Positions 7,120 through 13,249 of a stretch of DNA of 17,320 bases are shown piece after piece (the first letter of the stretch is position 1; every line of letters begins with the position of its first letter). The notes beneath the pieces were generated by a model. That model ran no database searches. It saw only the letters and a program-made list of their open reading frames with translations, and was not told where the DNA came from. Origin of the DNA: a virus (Duplodnaviria > Heunggongvirae > Uroviricota > Caudoviricetes); IMG/VR virus record IMGVR_UViG_3300044641_000519. The stretch is one strand, 5' to 3'. The position numbers and the translations under genes are program-made.

Positions 7120-7718
7120 TATTCTTTGATTTTACCACAGTGAATACACTCATAGTCTCCATCATGATCTACATCTGCAAACACATGATCACATTGTCTG
7201 TGAGCTTTGATTTCATGTTCAAGCTTAAGTTTCTCCATCTCTTGCTCATGTTCTTGCTCATCAATCTCAAGAGCTTGTCTGTGCTCTTGTTCATCACGAG
7301 CGATCTCATGCTTTTGTTTATTCTCTGTAACAGCTAAGTCTCTAGCTGCAGCAGCACCTTGGACAAATGCATCAGGGATAGTTGGAGCTACAGGTTTATT
7401 GCTCTCTTTCATGTCATTGGTGTGAGACAGTGTAGTACCATCTTCCTCATCCATCTTCTGTACAAGCATCTTATCTTTGTCAGTATCACTAAACCAGTAG
7501 TCTATAATCTTACCATAGCTACCAATGAAGGCACCTAACATCAATAGTAATAACTCCTTCCATTCTGCAGCAGCAGAAATGTTATTGTTAAGAGCCATGA
7601 ATATACCAGCTATAATTAATATAAATGATCCTAATACTAAGGCAGTGATATACCACCTACGTAACATCATTGATCCTAAAAGTTCTTTAAAACCTGAAGG
7701 CTGTTGAGGCTTGTCCAT
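7119..7718 (-). CDS. Two-TM membrane protein with acidic coiled coil and C-terminal Cys/His motif
   Basis: Hydrophobic segments WYITALVLGSFILIIAGIFMAL and LLLLMLGAFIGSYGKIIDYWF; DEQEH repeated twice; ends CDHVFADVDHDGDYECIHCGK. Confidence 0.8.
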   Translation of the reverse strand: MDKPQQPSGFKELLGSMMLRRWYITALVLGSFILIIAGIFMALNNNISAAAEWKELLLLMLGAFIGSYGKIIDYWFSDTDKDKMLVQKMDEEDGTTLSHTNDMKESNKPVAPTIPDAFVQGAAAARDLAVTENKQKHEIARDEQEHRQALEIDEQEHEQEMEKLKLEHEIKAHRQCDHVFADVDHDGDYECIHCGKIKE

Positions 7719-7819
7719 ATGTTTGCAATTGTTTCTTGGTTATTTTTTACTAGCTCAGCTTTCTTTACACCAGATCTCCTAGATCTTTGAGCTTTTGGTT
7801 TGTTTTTCTTCTGTGCCAT
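7676..7819 (-). CDS. 47-aa basic peptide (not in ORF track)
   Basis: MAQKKNKPKAQRSRRSGVKKAELVKNNQETIANIWTSLNSLQVLKNF*; starts 3 nt after the upstream stop, fills the gap and overlaps the next start by 43 nt. Confidence 0.6.
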   Translation of the reverse strand: MAQKKNKPKAQRSRRSGVKKAELVKNNQETIANIWTSLNSLQVLKNF

Positions 7820-7822
7820 GGC

Positions 7823-8125
7823 TTACCATTTTGGAGCTTCTTCTTTAAACTCATCTCCTTCTTTCTTCTTTACAGGAGCAGGTTTAGCTGCAGCTTCTTT
7901 TTCTTTAATGATGACAGTCTTACCACCACCTGCAGCTTGTTGTTGAGTTTGTGAGTTAGTAATGTTAATTACTGGAGCTGCTTGTTGTACAGGAGCAGCT
8001 TCATCACCACCTCCTGTTAATTTATTAGTTACAAAGCCACCTACACCTAGTGTAACTGTGCTTACTAACGTTATGATAATTCCTTTAAAGGATTTACCAG
8101 TTGATTCTTCTTGTTCTTCTGCCAT
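7823..8125 (-). CDS. Single-TM protein with Gln/Ala/Pro-rich disordered tail
   Basis: IIITLVSTVTLGVGGFVT hydrophobic segment followed by AAPVQQAAPVINITNSQTQQQAAGGG. Confidence 0.8.
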   Translation of the reverse strand: MAEEQEESTGKSFKGIIITLVSTVTLGVGGFVTNKLTGGGDEAAPVQQAAPVINITNSQTQQQAAGGGKTVIIKEKEAAAKPAPVKKKEGDEFKEEAPKW

Positions 8126-8130
8126 GTTAA

Positions 8131-8487
8131 TTATTTTTTAATAGTTATTTGACGTTTGTATTCTTTACCAAAGATATCAATAAGTGTAACTGTGTAGTCT
8201 CCAGAATTAATATCTGAGTAGTCTAACTTCTTGATTACCATATTGTTATCAGCTGTAAATCCTGTAGCATATTTAACATCTCCCTTTAGATCAATTAACT
8301 GAATAGCATATTTAGCCCCTTCAGTTACACTTAATGTAAGTGTTATTGGTCCCTTTGTTATCACTGGTTCCACTCTTTCAATAGCTGTGGAGGTAGCTAT
8401 CTTACCCAAGCTAATCTCAGGTGTTGGTTGCACTTTTGTACAACTTGATATTATAAAAACGATACAGCAGATTATTATATTTCTCAT
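8131..8487 (-). CDS. Lipoprotein consisting of a single T9SS type-A CTD-like domain
   Basis: Lipobox IISS-C; PVITKGPITLTL...IQLIDLKGDVK...KKLDYSDINSGDYTVTL......KRQITIKK fits the T9SS CTD pattern (P....+.+ / +.++D+.G / +D+S.L..G.Y.+.+ / .K+++.K). Confidence 0.7.
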   Translation of the reverse strand: MRNIIICCIVFIISSCTKVQPTPEISLGKIATSTAIERVEPVITKGPITLTLSVTEGAKYAIQLIDLKGDVKYATGFTADNNMVIKKLDYSDINSGDYTVTLIDIFGKEYKRQITIKK

Positions 8488-8488
8488 A

Positions 8489-10186
8489 TTAAAAGTTGTT
8501 ATATCCTGTTAATTTAATTTGTGTTGTGTTCAAGTTGATTCCTAATTGGTTACCAGACATATCTGAAGCATCCATGTTAGAAGTTACTTTGATATATGAG
8601 TTGATACCTAATCCATTTTGTAATGTAGAAAACAAAACTTTGAATGGTATACCTTTTGTGTAAGGAGTTTTTAATTCTTTATCTACAGCTCCAAATTTAA
8701 TTCTGCCTGGTCCACGTGAAGCAAATACTAACCACACTGGTACATCTGTTGTAACAGACTCAAACTTCACTTTGGTTGGGTCATATACAAACTCAAACTG
8801 CAGTCCTGATAAGTTAGCACCTTTGCCATCTACAGCAACTGGTACAGTGAATTCGTTACTAGTAACAGTGATGTTATTCAAACTCACATCTATAGATGTA
8901 ATAGGGTTAGGTGTATTCACAACTGTTGATTTTAAACTGAAGGACTGTATTGTTCCATCAGGCTTAACTACCTGTGAGCTATGTGATCTATTAATGTCTC
9001 CAGGAATTAAGTACTTAAGGTTTAAATCTTGAGCCACTGTAGATGTCTTAAATCTAGTTCCATATAAGTTAGCCTGCTTCCAATATGCTGGTGTTAATGT
9101 GTCGTATTCACTATCCAATAACATAGGAATATTATACAATGTTTGACCAGGTGTAGCTTTTACCACTGTATCAACTCCAATCACTTGTGCAAATAAAGCT
9201 GTAACATCATTGCCATCAAATGCTTTGTTCATTATAATGTCAGAAGCAATCCAGCTAGCCCCTGTCTTTATATTTACATTAGTAAATGTACCATCTAAGT
9301 TCTGTTTAATAAACTCATTTTGAGCTGCTGTATAATCAGAGATGGTCACAGCTTTATTTAAGTAAGAAGGTATACTATCTGTAGGTATTGTAGCAAACAC
9401 ATTATATACAGTGTTAGGAGTTAGTTCAGATCCCAAGAAGAATGTACCATTGTTTGCTGGTACCATTTGTGCTTTGACAATACCTGTAGCTGAATCTACA
9501 AACATTATTTTAGGAACTATACCATTTATATCTACGTATCCATTTACTAATGCATTAGAACTAGGTATAGGTGTTATCCAAGAATTGCGAGGCTTAGGCA
9601 TAAATACTGTAGACAAATTGTTATACTGATTAGTATAAGCTTGTGCAGCATTAAAGTATACAGAGTCATAAGCAAATCCTGCACTTACATTAACCACTTT
9701 AAATCTTAAATATGCAAGATCACCATCTACAAGATTAGCAGTAGAAGCAGTGTTAATCCATATACGATTAATAGCTTTGTTAGAGGACTGGTTATAATTG
9801 TATTGAGCATAGTTGAAATTTGTGAGACCATTTGTAGTTGTGTTGTTTGGATTCTTTACAAACGTATATCCAGGATAGTACTGGTTTTGAAACGTAGCTG
9901 TAGCTCCTTGAGGAAGAGCTGAACCTTGATTACCTGCTTTTGGAAACACAATGTCTATAAAACTAATAGCAGTGTATTGGTGTTCAAAGTCTAAGTAGAA
10001 AGATCTTGCTGAAGAACCATTATTCTTATAAGCAAGAGCTAACTGCACTGTATCTCCTTTTGCAATCACCCCACCACGTATATCAACGTTTTGTTCTGTA
10101 GGTGTGAGCCTTAGTTCTGTTATTTGTCCGTAAGAAAATGTTACAATTATTTGAAAAATTGTAACAAAAAATAATAGTTTATTCAT
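8489..10186 (-). CDS. Exported cohesin-domain protein with degenerate dockerin-like motifs
   Basis: Signal peptide ending FSYG-Q; C-terminal FTVPVAVDGKGANLSGLQFEFVYDPTKVKFESV is a classic cohesin signature; N-terminal GDTVQLAL...GDLAYLRFKV is also cohesin-like; central SDIIMNKAFDGNDVTALF and PGDINRS are dockerin/EF-like. Confidence 0.7.
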   Translation of the reverse strand: MNKLLFFVTIFQIIVTFSYGQITELRLTPTEQNVDIRGGVIAKGDTVQLALAYKNNGSSARSFYLDFEHQYTAISFIDIVFPKAGNQGSALPQGATATFQNQYYPGYTFVKNPNNTTTNGLTNFNYAQYNYNQSSNKAINRIWINTASTANLVDGDLAYLRFKVVNVSAGFAYDSVYFNAAQAYTNQYNNLSTVFMPKPRNSWITPIPSSNALVNGYVDINGIVPKIMFVDSATGIVKAQMVPANNGTFFLGSELTPNTVYNVFATIPTDSIPSYLNKAVTISDYTAAQNEFIKQNLDGTFTNVNIKTGASWIASDIIMNKAFDGNDVTALFAQVIGVDTVVKATPGQTLYNIPMLLDSEYDTLTPAYWKQANLYGTRFKTSTVAQDLNLKYLIPGDINRSHSSQVVKPDGTIQSFSLKSTVVNTPNPITSIDVSLNNITVTSNEFTVPVAVDGKGANLSGLQFEFVYDPTKVKFESVTTDVPVWLVFASRGPGRIKFGAVDKELKTPYTKGIPFKVLFSTLQNGLGINSYIKVTSNMDASDMSGNQLGINLNTTQIKLTGYNNF

Positions 10187-10644
10187 TATAGTAGTTTGTT
10201 AACCAATGAGTTACATGCTTTCTTTAAAGCTGTGGATAGATTCTGTTGGTTAAATTTACCTCCCTCATCTATCAATAAGGTGGACATACTTGTTTCATCT
10301 GCAGACTCTTCTATGAGAGCCTTCTTAATCACCTTACCATTTTCATCAATGATAGTTCCATATAATCTGATAACTACTGACTCTTTGTTCTTATGCATCA
10401 CAGAAAAACTAGACTGTGTTTTCAATACGTCTAAGTAGACAATATCAATATCTAATCTTTTGTTTGAGTTGTGATCAATGTCATAGTTTTTATCCTGTAG
10501 GATTTCTTCTACAATGTTCTTTACACCAAACTCTAGTTTGCGATTGCCTGCAACAGCACCAATCTTCACCTTATTGGTAACATTACCAATAGCTATAGAT
10601 GGTGTTTGCCACCACAGTGATAATATTAATAATAGATGTATCAT
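10186..10644 (-). CDS. Short CsgG-like exported protein (paralog of 6406..7119)
   Basis: Signal peptide ending SLWW-Q; RKLEFGVKNIVEEIL vs RVGLGVANISMEYL, and KFNQQNLSTALKKAC vs KFNQSTISIATKKALDIAC. Confidence 0.7.
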   Translation of the reverse strand: MIHLLLILSLWWQTPSIAIGNVTNKVKIGAVAGNRKLEFGVKNIVEEILQDKNYDIDHNSNKRLDIDIVYLDVLKTQSSFSVMHKNKESVVIRLYGTIIDENGKVIKKALIEESADETSMSTLLIDEGGKFNQQNLSTALKKACNSLVNKLL

Positions 10645-10646
10645 TG

Positions 10647-10775
10647 TTATCTGCCCTGTCTGTTGTAAGGTTTAGTTGCTTTGTCCTTAGGACCTTTAAA
10701 CTTTTGTGCTTTACCACCTTTGCGTTTTCCAAATGTGATCTTTTTAGCACTTGCTGCTCCTTTTGCTTTTGCCAT
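10647..10775 (-). CDS. 42-aa basic peptide ending YNRQGR (not in ORF track)
   Basis: MAKAKGAASAKKITFGKRKGGKAQKFKGPKDKATKPYNRQGR*; fills the gap between the endolysin and the short CsgG-like gene; end resembles the Y-x-x-Q-G motif of tiny basic phage proteins. Confidence 0.75.
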   Translation of the reverse strand: MAKAKGAASAKKITFGKRKGGKAQKFKGPKDKATKPYNRQGR

Positions 10776-10781
10776 GTTGGT

Positions 10782-11381
10782 TTATGTTAATAGTGAAAAA
10801 TACTCTTTGAAATGCTTGATACGATCAGCAAGACCAATTGTACCACCATTTACTCTTTTAGTAATCATTGTTACAGCAGCATCTGTAGCTCCTGTATCTG
10901 CAATCTTATTCAATCCATTCTTACTCCAGAACCAAGCAGCTGATGCTAATGCAAACTCTGTAGCTACAAGATCAGGAGTCTCTTCAATTGGTTTGCCTAT
11001 AGACTTACCAAATGCTGTATAGTTATCACGTCCAGTTAATTGAATGTATCCTCTACCTCTAAACTTAAAGCCATCACCACTAGCTTCATTACCATTACCC
11101 ATTCTACCACCATACACTCTATTAGCAATCTTCTGTGGTTTCTTAGCATAGTCAAGAGCTATAGCTTCACTAGGGAAGTATTTCTTGAATATACCCTGCA
11201 GACCTTTGGCTGAGTAGTTTAGGTTTTCATTAGTGATTCTAAATCCACCAGACTCGTGACCACATTGTGCTAGGAAATGAGACAAGCGTAGGGGTGTATT
11301 CACTCCAAACTTATCTTGTATCCCAGGTATTTGTTCAATCACTTTATCTGGTACGTGACCTTTTAATTTATTTAGATCCAT
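10782..11381 (-). CDS. Glycoside hydrolase family 19 endolysin
   Basis: RLSHFLAQCGHESGGF, ENLNYSA, ANRVYGGRMGN, GFKFRGRGYIQLTGRDNY, ASAAWFW, TKRVNGGTIGLADR are GH19 phage lysin motifs. Confidence 0.93.
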   Translation of the reverse strand: MDLNKLKGHVPDKVIEQIPGIQDKFGVNTPLRLSHFLAQCGHESGGFRITNENLNYSAKGLQGIFKKYFPSEAIALDYAKKPQKIANRVYGGRMGNGNEASGDGFKFRGRGYIQLTGRDNYTAFGKSIGKPIEETPDLVATEFALASAAWFWSKNGLNKIADTGATDAAVTMITKRVNGGTIGLADRIKHFKEYFSLLT

Positions 11382-11547
11382 CTTTTTTCTTTTTGGTAGG
11401 TTTTTTCTTAGGTTTACTTTTAGGTTTAACTTCTTGAGGTTCTACCTTATATAAAGCTTCTTCTATTTGTTTGTCTATTTTCTCAACAGATTTAACATGT
11501 TCTTCACGTTTAGCAAACAATGACTTAATAAATAATAAAATGTTCAT
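11368..11547 (-). CDS. 59-aa protein with N-terminal amphipathic segment and Lys/Pro tail (not in ORF track)
   Basis: MNILLFIKSLFAKREEHVKSVEKIDKQIEEALYKVEPQEVKPKSKPKKKPTKKKKDGSK*; starts 1 nt after the upstream stop and overlaps the endolysin start by 14 nt. Confidence 0.75.
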   Translation of the reverse strand: MNILLFIKSLFAKREEHVKSVEKIDKQIEEALYKVEPQEVKPKSKPKKKPTKKKKDGSK

Positions 11548-11548
11548 G

Positions 11549-12148
11549 TTATTTGATTTTCCAATAAGAACTTATGCCATAGTTTAATTGACTACCTATG
11601 GTTGAGCCCACGTTGAATCCAACGATTTTATCTTTCTTAGACTTGTAAAGAATGCCAAGATGAGCACCTGTTACACCTAAGGTTTGGTTACCTTGTACAC
11701 CACCACCAAAGAACAATGCTGCTTTAGGAGGAGCATAGTTTGTAATAGTGTTAGTGATAGTTATTGTAGGAATCTTATAGTTAGATCTTACAGAACGTCC
11801 TTTGATATTGTTCTGGTTCACAGTGTCTGTAATAGCTACATAACCAAGAGTGTCCAGTCTAATTGTATCTTTAAACTCTACAAGAGCCATATACTTACTT
11901 AACAAATCCTTATACTGAGCTAAAAGCTTAGGGTAGTTTGTGTCAGCTATATACTCTGGAGGAGTGGCAACAGTATCATGTAACACTTTGCCTTTCAATG
12001 TTTTATAAATAGTTGTGTCATGTACAGACCATGTTGTATCATGTACAGTTACTGTATCAGACTTTTGATGTCTAGGACTGCAACCATTCTTAGAGAAGGC
12101 TACATAAAGCACTAAGACAACTATTATACCAGTTAATAATTTATTCAT
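11549..12148 (-). CDS. Membrane-anchored lysis-cassette protein, candidate spanin
   Basis: N-terminal hydrophobic helix followed by NGC; HDT repeats; C-terminal Gly-rich amphipathic beta-strands ending YWKIK; adjacent to endolysin and holin candidates. Confidence 0.5.
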   Translation of the reverse strand: MNKLLTGIIVVLVLYVAFSKNGCSPRHQKSDTVTVHDTTWSVHDTTIYKTLKGKVLHDTVATPPEYIADTNYPKLLAQYKDLLSKYMALVEFKDTIRLDTLGYVAITDTVNQNNIKGRSVRSNYKIPTITITNTITNYAPPKAALFFGGGVQGNQTLGVTGAHLGILYKSKKDKIVGFNVGSTIGSQLNYGISSYWKIK

Positions 12149-12383
12149 TACCTTTTGTTTTGTTTATCCACTTGTCTACAGATGCTATACCAAAACAAGC
12201 TATTGTTAATATCTTGAATGAGTCAAATATAAACTCATTAACTAACAGTGGTTTGTTCATAGCCCCTGTAACAATATCTGCTACAGCAAATATGATCATC
12301 ATAACAAAAGCTGCAAATCCAATTACAGCCTTCTCATTGATGGAATTATTGTCATCAAATAGATCAGAAAAGAATTTCTTCAT
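12141..12383 (-). CDS. Two-TM holin-like protein
   Basis: Start moved to MKKFFSDLF (ATG 12383; 80 aa); two hydrophobic segments and a charged C-terminus; in the lysis cassette. Confidence 0.55.
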   Translation of the reverse strand: MKKFFSDLFDDNNSINEKAVIGFAAFVMMIIFAVADIVTGAMNKPLLVNEFIFDSFKILTIACFGIASVDKWINKTKGNE

Positions 12384-12693
12384 TTTGTTTGTTTTTAATT
12401 GTTGTTCTATTGTTAGGTAGGATGGCAAATGTTTCAAACATTAACTCTTTATCATGCTCATTAAAAGGCATAGAAGCTGTTCTCTTATATACAAGTCTTT
12501 CTAGATTATCTATACGTGTCTTGTCTACATTAGATTGAGCCATTAAGGCTTTGACATCTGACTTTACCTCAGCTAAGTCATCTTTGATGTCTTTTAACAT
12601 CATACCAGCAAATATCCCAATGATTGTAACCACACCAGGAAATAGCCAGTTTTTAATTTCTGCAATAACAGAACTCTGTTGTTTTGTCGTCAT
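12364..12693 (-). CDS. Single-TM plus coiled-coil protein (lysis-associated candidate)
   Basis: Start moved to MTTKQQSS (ATG 12693; 109 aa); WLFPGVVTIIGIFAGMML then heptad-rich KDIKDDLAEVKSDVKAL...IDNLE. Confidence 0.7.
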   Translation of the reverse strand: MTTKQQSSVIAEIKNWLFPGVVTIIGIFAGMMLKDIKDDLAEVKSDVKALMAQSNVDKTRIDNLERLVYKRTASMPFNEHDKELMFETFAILPNNRTTIKNKQNEEILF

Positions 12694-12783
12694 TATAATA
12701 AGTTGTAGAAATAAAAATACACCCAGGACATGGATGTACAATATGGTCAGGACGACCTATTTAGGTTAATATCTAGTTCACTG

Positions 12784-12815
12784 CAAAACTAAGTAAAAAA
12801 GTTGAAACTACCAAA
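12784..12815 (-). promoter_or_regulatory. Bacteroidota RpoD-type promoter (TTTG-N20-TAGTTTTG) heading the lysis/export operon
   Basis: Minus strand TTTG (12815-12812), 20-nt spacer, TAGTTTTG (12791-12784), in the intergenic gap upstream of ATG 12693. Confidence 0.72.
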
Positions 12816-12822
12816 TCTTTTT

Positions 12823-13191
12823 TTAGTAGGGCTGGTAGGATTTCTCCTCTACAAAGTCAGAGCCATACTTAATATTAATTTCTTTTTTAATATGTGCTCT
12901 TCTATCATTTAATCTGTAGACAGATCTAGCTAAGTTAACAAACTCTTCTCCAAAACTACTAGATCTTTCAAAGTCTCTTAGAAGGTCTTCCACCTTCCAA
13001 AGATTTTGGTTCACTTCAAGCAGTCTGTCTGTCAAAGGATCATGTAAGATTTCAGGATGTACAGCATCATTCAAATAATTTCTCTCTTTGAAAACATTAA
13101 CTAGTTTGTCTTTGTCTGTAATGTTCAAAGCTTTGATGGAAAGTATAGTCCATTTGTCTACTACTTCTCCTACAGAAACTTCAATTTTCAT
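12823..13191 (-). CDS. DUF6165-like helical protein (from recall)
   Basis: Start moved to MKIEVSVGEVVDKWTILSIK (122 aa); LW.VED.LR, F..LARSVY..ND.RA.IKKEIN...GS..VEEKSY match a family usually found beside glycosyltransferases. Confidence 0.75.
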   Translation of the reverse strand: MKIEVSVGEVVDKWTILSIKALNITDKDKLVNVFKERNYLNDAVHPEILHDPLTDRLLEVNQNLWKVEDLLRDFERSSSFGEEFVNLARSVYRLNDRRAHIKKEINIKYGSDFVEEKSYQPY

Positions 13192-13201
13192 ATCAAAATG
13201 T

Positions 13202-13232
13202 TTTGTTATTTTCAACAAAAATAGTAACTTTG
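13202..13232 (+). promoter_or_regulatory. Bacteroidota RpoD-type promoter (TTTG-N19-TAACTTTG)
   Basis: TTTG 13202-13205, 19-nt spacer, TAACTTTG 13225-13232; ATG of the GT9 gene at 13250. Confidence 0.75.
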
Positions 13233-13246
13233 TTTGAAATAACCAA
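13216..13246 (-). promoter_or_regulatory. Bacteroidota RpoD-type promoter (TTG-N20-TATTTTTG), divergent and overlapping
   Basis: Minus strand TTG (13246-13244), 20-nt spacer, TATTTTTG (13223-13216); upstream of ATG 13191. Confidence 0.6.
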
Positions 13247-13249
13247 CAA

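Noticed and set aside
8169-8176. Additional TATCTTTG box on the minus strand upstream of ATG 8125
   Set aside because: No TTG at 19-21 nt spacing and it lies within coding sequence; it may be chance.
8131-10186. Possible frameshift or split of one cohesin+CTD gene
   Set aside because: The downstream ORF has its own signal peptide and lipobox and begins 1 nt after a clean TAA, consistent with two genuine genes.
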